From Eledone cirrhosa (Eukaryota), in NCBI GenBank assembly GCA_964016885.1, contig OZ024740.1, positions 219,418,001-219,482,000 on the forward strand: a stretch of DNA of 64,000 nt. Direction: 5' to 3'. How positions within the stretch are numbered: the stretch's first letter is position 1; every line of letters begins with the position of its first letter. Below are positions 12,421 through 26,259 of the stretch, piece by piece. Under the pieces are notes generated by a model, which ran no database searches, was not told the origin of the DNA, and was given only the letters and a program-made list of their open reading frames with translations. Position numbers and translations under genes: made by a program.

Positions 12421-13189
12421 CCTACATATCGAAGGCGACCAGTTAAGCGATAGTATAGGCCTCTGGCTTATGATTGGTCCACGTAATAATAATGGTGGTG
12501 TGTGGGGACGGGAGGGAGGGGTGTTGAGTTGTTAGCGAGAAGGATAGGTTTAAGTGAGAACCCCGTATTAACGAACAAAAATACAAGATTTGTTTAGTAA
12601 AATACGCCAAAAACTTCCGTATTTTTACAAGCATGACAGAAATACAAGAGATTTGTTTTGGAAAATACATGGGGAATGGAAAGAGGATAGAAAAAATGCT
12701 ATTGGAAGGACTAAAAATGCTGTTGGAAGGACTATGGAGTTAGGCGTATGTTAGAAGAGGTAGAAAAATGAGTACATTACATTATAACCATGAATGAATG
12801 AAGTTCAGCCACAAGTTTGGCGAAAGTGAATTACTTTGTCTTATATATGTATATGGGTTGGGTAGAGAGAGAGAGAGAGGGGTGGTGCTGGTGCTTTGAC
12901 CGCATGTTGTAGAGTGTGGTGGAGAAGATATTAAGGAGCGGGAATTAAGAGTTTGAAATAATAACATATATTTAAAATATTGTTAAGAGTTTGAAGTAAC
13001 AAATATATTTAAAATATTTGTATATGAGAAGAGTAGGTTTTAGCGAGAAGGACTCATGTGATAAAAATATAATCTACCTGTGTATGTGTGTGTGTGTATG
13101 TAGGTATGTATATGTCTTTATGTATATGTATATACATACACATATATGTGTATTATATATATATGTGTGTATATACATATATATATGTC

Positions 13190-13243
<54 letters not shown>

Positions 13244-13658
13244 AGTGGACATGGAAATATTCGGTTTGGTGCCCGAGCATATGGTTAGCCCACCTCTAAT
13301 TCTTGTAAGGACATCCTTCTAGGAGAAGAAAAACTTTGATGTAAAACCTGTGATACAATGGTGGCCAATGATGTTGATCTGTTCTTCTTTTTGCATACCT
13401 GATTCTATTGTTCAGAGAGTGGGATGGTGCAGTGCAAGGCTTTTCTTCACTTAAAAAAAGTTTCAAGTACAGACATCATTGGTTTAAACGACGTTCACGT
13501 GTGTTGGCCTTTTCTTCTTTTTTTTTTGCTGCAGCATATGAAGAAAGGAATCTAAGTCCTTAGAAGGGCTAAAAAAAAAAGTCATGTTTGTGCCACCCAT
13601 ATACGACAAAGAGGTCAAGGGATAGCTATTGTTGAAACTGAGATGCAGCCATTATATG

Positions 13659-13848
13659 TAGGTGGATTGGCAGTATCGGTAGAGGGTCGGACGCCATGCT
13701 TTGACGCATAGAGTTACGTCCCTTGCCATTCTCAGTTCAAATCCCGCCGAGGTTAACTTTGCCTTTCATCCTTACGGGGGCGATAAAATAAAGTACCAGT
13801 AATACACTCGGTAATTGCTGGCCTTGTGCCAAAAGTAGAAACAATTAT
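13659..13848 (+). mobile_element. tRNA-derived SINE with Deu/Nin-like domain, full length
   Basis: GGTGGATTGGCAGTATCGGTAGAG head, GTTCAAATCC B-box, conserved core, AAAAGTAGAAACAATTAT tail. Confidence 0.88.
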
Positions 13849-14642
13849 ATGTATGTATATATGTATGCATGTATGTATGAATGTATGTATGTATGGATGG
13901 ATGGATGTACATACACATATATGTACACTGAAATATACATATTGGTGAAAGCCTTAAGATATATTGTTTGCTTGCTGTAAAGTTGCTTAAATCAACGTAT
14001 TTAAACCTTCCTAATTTCATCTTTTAGCTGTAGTGATATTGATGCATGTTACTGGCTCTTTATAGTAGACAGGGTCAATGTGAATAGTTTAGATATTGCT
14101 ACCAGGATTTGAACTTTTAGTTGATAGATTATATAGCATCAGTCAGGTGTTTATTTTTGTTTGTGATTAGTGTATGTTAGCATGTAGTTAGTTCAGTTGT
14201 TCAAACAACATAATATTCATCATGGAAACTCATGAAGAGCCAGATTATGTATATGTATGTATGTGTATGTGTATATACACATACACTGACACACACACAT
14301 ATATTTATATACATACAGACACACACAGGGACGCACACAGGGACACATACACAGACACATATATATCTATATATATACACATGGTGGCTGCCAACTCGTT
14401 TTCGAGTACGGCCACTACTTTATATCCATGTAGGAGAACCCCTACCAATGCGCTGAACGAGGACCTTTTAGTCCAGCCAGCGACTTGAAAACTCTGGTAC
14501 AAACACTACACCTGTGACAATTATTGACACATAGTGCTGGGCCCATGGTACCATGTGACGACAAGTGCAGAGAGATCAGAGATCTCCAGATATAAAGCAA
14601 TGCCTGTGCACATATATATATACATACACACAAACACACACA

Positions 14643-17468
14643 CATCATCATCATCATCATCATCATCATTTTACGTCCGCTTTTCCCTGCTTGCAAGGGT
14701 GGGACGGATCTTATTCAGCACAGCATCTCTCCACTCGTCACGGTCCTTTGTCATCGCCACCGTGAGCTTCAATGATCTGAGGTCTGTTCTCACCACCTTC
14801 GCCCATGTTTTTCGTGGTCTACCTCTACCACGTCTTCATTCAACTCGCATTTCCTGGCACTTCTTCACCCATCGGTCATCCTCCATGCGCATCACATGTC
14901 CATACCACCTCAGTCTCCTCTCCCGTACACTACATTCTATCTCTCTCAGACACAGTTTCTCTCTCAACACATTTATGCTGGGTCGTTCACGCACATTTAC
15001 ACTGCACATCCAACGGAGCATGCTTGCCTCATTTCTCTCCAGCCGTCACATATCCTCTGCAGTTGCTGCCCATGTCTCACTACCATGCAGCATCGCGCTC
15101 CTCACACAGGCATCATACAACCGGCCTTTCGTACGCAGGGAGAAACCCTTCTTTGTCAACAGAGGAAGCAGCTCCCTAAACTTCTTCCAACCCGTCCTTA
15201 TTCTAGATACTATGGCCTCGGAACACCCTCCTCCCATGCTAATCTGATCTCCTAGGTACCGGAAGCTATCCACCATTTCTATAGCGCCCTCCTGCATCTG
15301 AAAAATGTGTCTATCAATGCGACTTCTACTGTCTAATTTCCCTGTACATCTACTGCATACATATTTCTCCCTACCTGTTAGTTTGCCTGCTATCCCGCTA
15401 CATCTCTTGTGTACCCAGGATCTGCATTGTGTGCATTTTATAGAATTTATGCCAGTTCCTTTTCTGCATATCGAACATGGCCATTTCCCTGACGGAATCA
15501 GGGTTTTGTCCTCTTTTCTACCCATCAACACTTTTGTCTTAGCTAGATTCACTCTCAGTCCTCTTGCTTCCAACTGCTGTTTCCATAGCCAGAATTTATT
15601 CTCTAGCTCCTCTACTGATTCTGCTATAAGAACCAGATCGTCAGCATAGAGAAGTTCCCATGGACAGCCAGTCTTAAACTCCTCTGTTATGGCTTGGAGG
15701 ACTATAATGAACAAGAGCGGGCTGAGGACCGAACCCTGATGTACTCCTACTTGTATCTGGAATTCCTCACTAAACTCCATTCCTACCCTGACTTTACTGA
15801 GAGTACCTCTGTACAAAGTTTGCACTGTCCTCACAAGCCATTCCTCAACACCTAGCTTCCTTAGGGACCACCAGATGACAGATCGGGGTACCCTATCAAA
15901 GGCCTTCTCTAGGTTAACAAAGGCTAAGTATAGTGGCTTATTCTTCTCTAAGAACCTCTCTTGCAATTGTCTCACCAAGAAGAGGGCATCTGTTGTACTC
16001 TTCCCAGGCACAAAACCAAACTGCATCTCATCTAGTTTGACCCTTTCTCTAATTAGTTGTGCTAAAATCCTTTCTGCCACTTTCATAACCTGATCTATCA
16101 GTTTTATACTCCTATAATTGCTCCTCTCCAGAGCATCCCCTTTACCTTTGTAGCAATTTATGAGAATACTGCTGCACCAGTCTTTGGTATGACATCACCA
16201 TATATAGCCTGATTGATGATGCGTGCAACCAGTTTAGTGCCTACCTCCCCTGATGCATTTTTCATTTCCCTAATCGCCTCTTGGACCCTATATTCGTCAA
16301 TCTCAATAGCTGGTCCCTCTGTCGGATCTACCAAGGGTAATTTCTCACTCTCCCATTTGTTCTCCACATTCATCAGTCTCTCATAATGACATTTCCAGGC
16401 CTCCTTTTGCTGATCATTCGTGACACTAAGTTCACCGGCATCATCCCGGACACATTTATCTCCAACAACATCCTGATTTGCATTGACACACTGCCTTGCA
16501 ATGTGGAACACCGCACGCCTTGGCAAACCTCCTACTCTCTGCCTCCCTGCGTGCTAAGTACACCTGACGTCTAGCTTCTCTCTTAGTGGCTGTATATTCT
16601 TCCCTACTCCCACCCTTTTTCCAAGCCTTCCATGCTAGTCTTTTGTCTCTAATAGCCTTATCTACTGTGCTGTTCCACCACCAGGTCACTCTCTGTCTGG
16701 TTGGAGCTCTGCTCCAGCCCCAAGTTTCATCAGTAGTCTGCAGCAAGTTGTCACGTAAGAAATTCCAGTTATTATCTATGTCATACGTCTCTAAATCGTC
16801 TTCTTTTTCGTCATATACATCTTGAAGGGCTTTCCTAAATTTGTATTTTAGTGAAAGGTCTTTTAGCTTCCAGACCTTTCTTCTCCACACCTTCCTATAT
16901 GTCTCATTCCATCTCTTGCTTACTGAGATATCACTAACAACTAACTTATGCTGTGGGGTACATTCTTCCCCAGGGTATGCTTTGGTATTAGACACTATCT
17001 GCCTGTCCCTCTGCCTAACTAGTAAGAAGTCAATCTGGCTTATGTGCTCACCAGATTTGTAGGTTATTAGGTGATTGGCAGGTTTCTGGAAGTTTGTGTT
17101 GCAAATAGTCAATGTACCTGCATCACAAAATTCAAGAAGTCTCACTCCTCCTTCATTTCTTGAACCGTAACCGTGCCCACCATGTACCCCAGTGTAACCA
17201 TCCTGGAGCTGTCCAACATGACCATTGAAGTCTCCTGCTAGCATAACGATGTCTCCGTCCTCTGTCATTGCGGTTGTTTGCAAAAGTTGCTCATAAAAGC
17301 AGTCTTTCTCATCTTTGCCTAGGCCTGCTTGGGGAGCATAGGCCGAGATGATTGTCAGTAGTCTCCTACCTACAACTAATCTAAGCTTAATTATTCGATT
17401 ACTAACTCGAACTACCTCTATTGTCTTATTGATCCATTTCTCAGCCAGGAAAATGCCTACTCCCCCTA

Positions 17469-17469
<1 letters not shown>
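14643..17469 (-). mobile_element. RTE LINE family B, 5'-truncated within APE, with several disablements
   Basis: ORF pieces 16456..17502, 16158..16526, 15046..16086, 14836..15021 with SAYAPQ, GDFNGH, QFGF, LLYADD, RRLRWYGH; short 3'UTR and (GAT)n; 5' junction into (TA)n/(CA)n. Confidence 0.92.
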
Positions 17470-17518
<49 letters not shown>

Positions 17519-17520
<2 letters not shown>

Positions 17521-18072
17521 TGTTATACTTTGGGAGGGTCATGTTGCCAATAAGAAACACACACACCAGTTGCTTTCACTTCAATTTATTATAAATTAAA
17601 TTTATAAATTTAGGAATTTATAAATTTCCGGTTGGTTGGTTGGTTCCACAAACAGATGATTGTTCATATATTGTCAAAGTTCTTTCGTCACACATTCTGT
17701 GACCTCTTCAGTGACTGAGGATTCTTTTCTTTGCTTTTGTGCCTCTCCTTTGTTCTGTCCTACGCCATCTTGTTTTTGTGCGTGTTGTGTGCTTAGTTTG
17801 CGCATGTGTTACATCCGGGTATCTGTGTGTGTAGAGGCACAAAAGGAGAGGCACAAAAACAAAGAAAAGAATTCCCAGTCACTGAAGAGGTCACAGAATG
17901 TGTGACGAAAGAACTTTGACAATATATGAACAATCATCTGGTTGTGGAACCAACCAACCGGAAATTTATAAATTCCTAAATTTATAAATTTAATTTATAA
18001 TAAATTGAAGTGAAAGCAACTGGTGCGTGTGTTTCTTATTGGCAACATGACCCTCCCAAAGTATAACAATAT
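17519..18072. mobile_element. Inverted pair of Penelope-like pLTRs (arms ~17519-17763/17831-18070), each with a hammerhead
   Basis: ~240-bp inverted repeat; terminus ATGACCCTCCCAAAGTATAAC shared with the GIY-YIG element end at 31603. Confidence 0.8.
17878..17920 (+). ncRNA. Minimal type I hammerhead (mirror copy at 17673-17715, minus)
   Basis: GUCA-CUGAAGA-G-GUCAC-AGAAUGU-GUGAC-GAAA-G-AA-CUU-UGAC; stem I GUCA/UGAC. Confidence 0.78.
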
Positions 18073-18126
18073 CGGTTTCAACACACGTTTTCAGATAAAG
18101 AATCTTGCTAAACAAATTCAGAAACG

Positions 18127-18182
<56 letters not shown>

Positions 18183-18278
18183 AAATTTCCGTTGGAAACA
18201 GAAAAGGTCATAGAAATGAAGAGTGCTCTATGTAAGTATCAGAGCAAAATTTAATGTATAAAAATCAATACAATATAA

Positions 18279-18354
18279 TTACCTCATTACCAGAGGTTTC
18301 CCGAATGAGGTGAATATGAAATAAATGACTTCATTCGTTCGTCAGACGAGGCAA
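18279..18354 (-). ncRNA. Type I hammerhead ribozyme with intact core, in TA-flanked insert ~18181-18460
   Basis: Stem I UUGCCUCGU/AUGAGGUAA; CUGACGA; stem II CGAAUGA/UCAUUCG; GAAA; stem III ACC-UCU-GGU; GUA triplet. Confidence 0.82.
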
Positions 18355-19354
18355 TATAAAACATGGGCAAATACTTAGAAAAATACATCAAGAAAATCAA
18401 AAAAAGATATAGATAAATGAAATAGAAATTGAAATATATAAAAATCTATCAAGAAATATAGTTAGGTGTGTGTATATGTATGTATATACGCTCCCAGATG
18501 CGCATATATATATATATACACACATACACAGACACACATGAATACACAATTACATATAACTCCACATTCTTATCATTTCTTTCTCTTGGTATATGTGGGT
18601 GTGTATTGTTAGAATGATTTACTTCACCACTCTACCAATAATAAAAATTTCTTATTCTCTAAAATCTGCAGGTAACTTCATTCATGGAATTCTGTTCATG
18701 CTTCATTGTCATCGCCATTCTAACTGCTTTTATGAATTAAAATCAGCCTTGTTAAATCAGCTTCGTATCTGTAGCGTTAGACTTAGCTTTCCACCTCTTT
18801 GCTTTCTTTGAAATGGTTTTATATTTTCATTTTATTGTTTCTCGAATTATTATTGAAGCATCGAGTATCTATCTTTGTTGCATATTGTTTTTAAGACTGC
18901 AAAATGTATGCTATTATGGTCTTTCAGTGGTTTTATTATTGCTACTATTGTTTCTCAATTAAACATGCAATTTTTAGCGAAACCTTCCATTAAAACTTCC
19001 ATTAGAGGATGTATGTAGTTCTGGAGTATTCCTACTTATTTTTGTATATTTAAAATGTGTGTGAGGTTGGAGGTATGTTGGTTGACTGGTAGCACTGGTC
19101 TTTACAGTTCTAAACCCATTAGTACTGAATGTCATAACAGTACTTATCTCTCTGAACCACAAATTATGAAGCAGACCTAATTTTTTTCTATTATGGTATT
19201 TTATAGCGTATGTCATAGATTTCTTTATAGTTTATAGTATTTTTCTCAGTTTCCTCACAGATATTAAGCTGATATAGTTGATGATGATGATACCTTTTAA
19301 AAAAAAATGTTTTACATTGTTATTATTGCTGTTAACTTACTCTAGTCAGTCTAG

Positions 19355-19421
<67 letters not shown>

Positions 19422-21256
19422 GATTGTTGGTCAAATATTTGGCAGTGTATCTCAGGTCAAGCCTTCTGATGCTAAGAGGCTCCAATAATTTAGAATAGTG
19501 ATTTAGTCAGTGATGATTTAAAGTATTTTGTTTCAATATATTTGGTTTTTAAAACACTGATTTTCTATTGGCCCTAAATATATTAGTATTATCTTGTTTT
19601 TAATTCCTTTCTTATTCACATACTGGTGATAAAAAAGCTTGAGCTAATAATAATAAGACATCTGTACAGTATATTCACTTAAGCCCTCCAATCCCAAAAC
19701 TGTAACGGAAGTTCTGCATTTACACCATATTAGTTACACCACACTTCACCTATGTTCAAGTTTGTATTGTAGTCTCTTTCTAACAATGTTTGGTCATTGT
19801 GAAGGGAAGTATATTTCATTTGGTGCCTGTATAATCAGATGTTGTTTACATTTTGATATCTTTTGATTGCTTAGCAATCATGAGGTCTCGGGTTCAGTCC
19901 TACTGCATAGCATCACTGCATAGCATCTTGTATTTAACACAGCCTAAGGTCAACACAAACCTTGTGAGTGAAGTTGATTAGACAGAAACTACATGGAAGT
20001 CCCTGACAGATGGATTGTACCTGCAATTCAAAGGTCCAAGCCTTATCCCATATTGTGTCAAGGGAACATGTGTAGGTTGAATACTTAATCACTTATGCAT
20101 TAATTCATACCTAGTTGATCAAACAACTGAATATTGCACATGAAAACCAACAGAGGATCCAAGATTTAACGATGCTCTTCTGATCAACAGCACAGCAATA
20201 TTTACATCAAGGAGGCTTTGTTTTAGGGTAGTAATTTCTATCCTGTGATCTGTGGACCCCCTAAGGGTCTGCAAATGTAGTGCTAGAGGTCGATCTTTGT
20301 AGTGAGCAGTTTGGTAGCCTTAGGGTGTAACCTCTTAAGAATCCCATCCCCATCCTCACTTATCATCATCGTTTTAACATCTTCTTTCCCTGTTAGCAAG
20401 GGTTCAATGGGTCTACATAGACCAAGTCAGTACTGAAGTGGGGATACTGACTTCCCAGACAGGCTAAGAGTCATGTTTATCTCACTTACATACAGTATCA
20501 TATTCTACTGAGTGCACAGGAGAGGTTGTCATGTCTTTGACACAACTGAAGGGCCCTCACAACCTTTTCTTTTGGCAAGTGGTCTATGGCTGGATGCCCT
20601 TCCTAACACCAACCCCTTTACAGAATATACTGAGTGTATTTATTGTGTAAATCACCAACACTAGAGAGGTTGTCATAGCATGGCATGAGTAAAGGGTCCT
20701 CTTGACCCTCCTTTTTTTTTCATGAAGATGTGAACACTGAAATGGTGGCGGTGGCATTCACCAGTGCCAGAAAAGGGAGGTGTAGGGATGGAGAGAATAG
20801 TTAAGGTGTGATAGTGGAAGGGGTATGGCTGGGGTGCTGAGAGTAGCTACTAGGTCAATACTATGGTCAATGTTACCTCAACCTATTTTCTGTGGCTCTT
20901 TGGGGACTGTAAATGTACCACTGGAAGTTCACAAATATGGTACAGCATGAAGAACCTTTTGTATAGATAGACTTTTCAAAACACTGGAGTCCACAGGAAA
21001 ATTAATTTATATGTACAGGTGTTCCTTAGTAGTGTAGTGAACAGTTTAGGAACAACTGCCTTTTGGATATTACATGTTTTGTCGGGTTGGGCTCAAAACA
21101 TAAGCTTAGAGGAATATAAGATGGTTTCCCTCATATTTCTGATATTGTGCAAAGGAACTGTGTGAGATGTGCATGCTATTGCCATTGCACCTTAAATGAA
21201 GTTGTACCCCTTTAGTGCTTTGGAAACTAACATCTGTCAAAAGTCAAAGAAGTTAC

Positions 21257-22233
21257 AAGTTTTCCTATCCAGATGTTATAGCCAGAAACTAAGTTTTCCT
21301 ATCCAGATGTTATAGCCAGAGACTAAGTTTTCCTATCCAGATGTCATAGCTAGAGACTAAGTTTTCCTGTCCATATGTTATAGCCAGAGACTAAGTTTTC
21401 CTATCCAGATGTCATAGCTAGAGACTAAGTTTTCCTGTCCATATGTTATAGCCAGAGACTAAGTTTTCCTGTCCATATGTTATAGCCAGAGACTAAGTTT
21501 TCCTATCCAGATGTTATAGCTAGAGACTAAGTTTTCCTGTCCATATGTTATAGCCAGAGACTAAGTTTTCCTGTCCATATGTTATAGCCAGAGACTAAGT
21601 TTTCCTGTCCATATGTTATAGCCAGAGACTAAGTTTTCCTATCCAGATGTTATAGCTAGAGACTAAGTTTTCCTATCCAGATGTCATAGCTAGAGACTAA
21701 GTTTTCCTGTCCAGATGTTATAGCCAGAGACTAAGTTTTCCTATCCAGATGTTATAGCTAGAGACTAAGTTTTCCTATCCAGATGTTATAGCCAGAGACT
21801 AAGTTTTCCTGTCCAGATGTTATAGCCAGAGACTAAGTTTTCCTATCCAGATGTTATAGCTAGAGACTAAGTTTTCCTATCCAGATGTTATAGCCAGAGA
21901 CTAAGTTTTCCTGTCCAGATGTTATAGCCAGAGACTAAGTTTTCCTATCCAGATGTTAGAACCAGACTAAGTTTTCCTGTCCAGATGTTATAGCCAGAGA
22001 CTAAGTTTTCCTATGCAGATGTTATAACCAGACTAAGTTTTCCTATCCAGATGTTATAGCTAGAGACTAAGTTTCCCTATCCAGATGTTATAGCTAGAGA
22101 CTAAGTTTTCCTATCCAGATGTTATAACCAGAGACTAAGTTTTCCTATCCAGATGTTATAACCAGACTAAGTTTTCCTATCCAGATGTTATAGCTAGAGA
22201 CTAAGTTTTCCTATCCAGATGTTATAACCAGAC
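21257..22233. repeat. 34-bp minisatellite, ~29 copies
   Basis: Unit AAGTTTTCCTATCCAGATGTTATAGCCAGAGACT; some 32-bp variants toward the right end. Confidence 0.97.
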
Positions 22234-23244
22234 TCTGGTTTTGATGTTTAAGATCAAAGTAATGTAATGAGTGACAGATTTATGTGGAGATTTATCATTG
22301 AGTCTACCTCAGCTGAAGCCACCCAGAGGTGGACAATACCATGTTTGTTTGAACTCAAACTAAACTCCCCCCCCCCCCCCCAAAAAAAAACAATAAAAAA
22401 TCTTAATTATTTTAAAAACAAATCTTTAAATTATTCATTCAGCTGTTTCAATATTAGGAGTAATGTTGCTTCTTTAATTGAAACATACCTTAATGTATTA
22501 GCAACAATGCCAGCATGTTAGAGCAGGGACATGTAATTGAAAAAAATATTGAAAAAAATTGTATAGTTAATGAATAAAAATTTTCAGAATAGAATAAAGT
22601 AATACTTTTTTTTACCTAAATTCAATATTTGATTAGAGTCTTAGTTCTTCATTTCAATTTTGTTAATTATAATTTCCAGTCAGGGAAGGCTATATAATGA
22701 TATTACTGAATTGAGCTATTACCAAAATTATTTTCCATCATGTATCATTAATAATCATCTATACTAACAACTCTCCCCATAATTTACCTTTTATTTTTAT
22801 TATTATTATCATCACAACCACTAACACCACCATCATCATCCTCTGCCTTCTCTTTCATCTCTTCTTCTTCTCCCCTCCCTTTCACCCTCCTCCTCCTTCT
22901 CCACCCCCACACTTTATTTTATCATTTTATGGTCTTTGCACTCATTTTCTCCCCCAATACTGTTTGCAATGTTTTTATTTTTTATCACTCAATCTTATCC
23001 TTTCCTTTCATATTTACTTCTTTTAATTTTATATCTATCTTTCCTCTTTTCTTATCGATGGCCTAAGACAATATATATATATATATATATTCATATAAAT
23101 CATGTTTGTCTGTCTGTGTGTCTGTCCACTGCTGCTACTGCTATATCAGCCATGAGAAATTCATGTATCATGTGGTATTAGATTCAAGCAAGAAATCTAA
23201 TGGCATTGATATAAGTTTAAATTACCACCCTGCTCAACAATAAT

Positions 23245-23600
23245 AATGGTTTCTGATTTAGGCCCAAGGCCAACTGTTTGGGGGAGGGGAAAGTCGATTA
23301 AATCACCCCTAGTGCACCTAGTGAACTTTGGTGTGATTTGAACTCAGAATGTAAAAGGCCATAACTATATGCCGCAAAGCATATCTGACACCCTAATAAT
23401 ACTAACCAACAATAATAATAATAATGATTTTTACTTTAGGCACAAGGCCAGCAATGTTTGGAGAGGGGAAAGTCAATTAAATTGACCCCAGTGCATTACT
23501 GGTGCTTTATTTTATCGTCTGTATAAGGTTGAAAGGCAAAGCTAACCTCAGCGGGATTTGAGCTCAGAACGTAAAAGGCCAGAACTATATGCCGTGCTGC
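23245..23600 (-). mobile_element. Two tandem diverged Deu/Nin-like SINEs
   Basis: Two TTTAGGC.CAAGGCCA..GATTTGA.CTCAGAA.GTAAAAGGCC blocks with (AAT)n tails. Confidence 0.75.
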
Positions 23601-23601
23601 G

Positions 23602-24602
23602 ATGGCATGTTGTACTTGGTGGGAAACTCACCGACAAAAAGTGCTTGGTGACAGGGTGCATTGTCATCTTGGAGAATCCAGTTCTTCGTGCACCACAGAT
23701 CTGTTGCTTTCACTGAATGTTCTCCCTAAATTGCCTCAGAACTTTGCAGTAAAACTCTTTTTTGACAGTCTGATCCTGGGAAATGTATTCTCGAGGAACA
23801 ATGCTGTAGATCTCGAGAAAGATGATGAGCATGCTCTTGGTTCTGCCTCGCCTTCTTTAGTCATGGAGATGATGGACTCTTCCATTGCGTTGACTGCTGC
23901 TTTGTCTCTTGATTATAACCGTAAACCTAAGACTCAACACCGGTGATGATCCTTAACATTAATGATGGCTCATCTGCTGCATTCCATTTGAGTTCTTGGC
24001 AAACTTTCAGCAGGTTGGGGACAAATTTGAGTTCTTGGCAAACTGTGTCAGCAGGTTGGGGACAAATTTGGCAGCAACACCTCACATGTTCAGTTTAGAC
24101 ATTAAGGTTGCCTGCACTGACCCATACGACACACCAACATTGTTAGCAAAGTCATTGATCATCCTCCGACTATCCTCATGCACAAGTTGCCTAATGTTTT
24201 CAACATTTCTGGGAGTAATGCTTGTCGAAGGTCTTCCAGATTGCTTGTCGTCTTCCAGGGATGTTCTTCTGCCACTCAAAACATTGCGAACAACTCATTT
24301 CCTCATGGCCATAAGCCTGTTGAAGCATGTTTAATGTTTCTGTGGCTGATTTTCCAAGTTCAACACAAAATTTTACATCGACTCGTTGTTCCAACTTGAT
24401 GTCCATGATGTAATCGCAGACTTGTTCATGGATGTGGTCAGAAAAACACCAATTTAACAATTTCCGATGTAAACACAATGATGTCTCTTGGTACACTGAC
24501 TTATGACAGTTACAGCTAACTAGCACTGCCTGTACAACCCTGTGCTGCTATCTGTTGGTGCGCTACAGAGCTACTCTGGAAACTTTTGGCTACCACCGTG
24601 TA
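23602..24602 (-). mobile_element. Decayed mariner transposon, 3' part missing
   Basis: MDIKLEQRVDVKFCVELGKSATET, SGRPSTS, IITGVES*VYGYNQETKQQS and WILQDDNAPCH (DD34D-type motifs); terminus AACTTTTGGCTACCACCGTG-TA. Confidence 0.88.
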
Positions 24603-25789
24603 TATATATATGCATATAATTGGTACAGTATTTCTGTATTCAACTTTCTACTCTCTCCCAGTTCTGAGTTTATCACTGCCAAAGGTGACTTTGATTTTGC
24701 ATTTCTTTGGAAGGGTGGTGAAGAAGTATGTATCTGTCATATATAAGGTCAGCACCCTTTTTATGCAAAGTTGCTTGTTTTAAAGTAGTTGTACAACCTT
24801 CTATCATAATTTTATGTAAGAACCTTTGACCAGTTATTTTCCAAACACCAGCTTAGCCCTTTTAATATCATACTAACTGAAACCACTCTAGTGCTGTGAT
24901 ACTCAGTTGTTTATTTTCAAGTGTTTATATTTATCTAAAAACCTTCCATTACAATTCAATATAATAAACTATGTTAAGTTATGTTACAAACAGTAGCTTC
25001 ATAAAGAGAAAGCTGTATATATTACTAAATCCTTGATTATTTTTGAAATTATTTAAAAATCATAGGCAGTGTAATTCAATTGAAATATTTTAATGAAAAT
25101 GTTAATCAAATATACCCTTCCTTTATACAAAACTTGGAATTTTGTCTGATCAACTGAAATCAATATTTTGTAAATATATGTATACATTTATACCTAACCT
25201 TAATGTTTCTATTCTTCCTTCCTTCTGAACATATCTTCTTCAACTATAGCCTGTATCTGCCTTGGTTTTCAACCTCACTACTACTCTCTATATATTCACA
25301 AACCACATCTTACTTATAGCTTTGCTCTTGATATTTCTTTGCTCTACATTTTCAATTGAGAAAGTAAATGGTATTTTTTTCTTCGTCTTTCTTTCAACTA
25401 ATTGATTTGTATCTTAGCTGCAATTTTTACAAAACAAATTTCTTACAGCCATATTACACTTACTTAGATATTTATACAAATAGTTTATAAGTAATAAGCT
25501 ATAGCTAGCATAGAGTGGATATCTGAAATATTTCTGTTATCTGAAATTATTGTTGGCACCATCTATAATCAGTTTTATCAATATCTTTTAGGACATCGCT
25601 ATTAACTTTATTCCATAAGCTCACAATGGATGACTTAGGAAATTGACTAAGACAGGACTAAAATTGATATCCTCAGTATCCTAAAACCAGAGTACTTCTG
25701 GTAAGCCTGATCTGTATGAATAAAGAAGTATGTTAGCATGGAAAAATGGACGTAAAACGGTGATGATGATGATGATGATACAATGTGAT

Positions 25790-26191
25790 TTAACCCTTTT
25801 GTTACTATATTTCTTGTGAATTACACCCTATTTCAATTGACTAATGAATATTTTGGGGGATTTACTAAAATTATTATTTTATTGGTCTTGGTAGGATTTG
25901 AACTCAGAACATGGAGAGTGAGAACATATACTGAAGCATTTAATCCCATACTCTAACAACTCTGCCAATTCACTGAAGGCAGAACGTTATCATATGGCTC
26001 ATAGCAAGGAAAACAGAGTTAACCGATGATGATGAGGAGGATATTTGTAATATAACTAAACAAAAAGTTTTTGTATCAAATTGTGTTGGGAGAGATTTAA
26101 ATTTAAATAGAAACCCTTTAAAATGGATAGTTTTGTTTCATAGAACCAGAGCCAGTTCTGGGCATACTTATATAGTATTAAAAGGGCTAAC
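25790..26191. mobile_element. piggyBac-like MITE (TTAACCCTTT..AAAGGG.TAA); relatives at 34553-35412 and ~36080-36785
   Basis: TTAA-CCCT ends; shared internal AAAATGG.TAGTTTTGT.TCATAGAACCA motif. Confidence 0.55.
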
Positions 26192-26259
26192 CCTTTGGTT
26201 AACATATCACTAAGGAAATACACTATCAATGTGTTTCAATAAATTTTGAAAATGAAATG

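Noticed and set aside
12400-12447. Possible HDV-like ribozyme near the RTE 5' end (..CATATCGAAGGCGACC)
   Set aside because: Could not build the double pseudoknot, and the resemblance is on the strand opposite the LINE
9468-12535. Plus-strand ORFs over the RTE
   Set aside because: Antisense shadows of the LINE ORF
18974-19216. 80-aa ORF in unique-looking sequence
   Set aside because: No motif or convincing splice sites; length compatible with chance
21257-22233. CRISPR-like array of 34-bp repeats
   Set aside because: Units are contiguous with no unique spacers; no cas genes; eukaryotic context
25592-25700. AG..GTAAG exon-like segment
   Set aside because: Stops in all three frames; no other support
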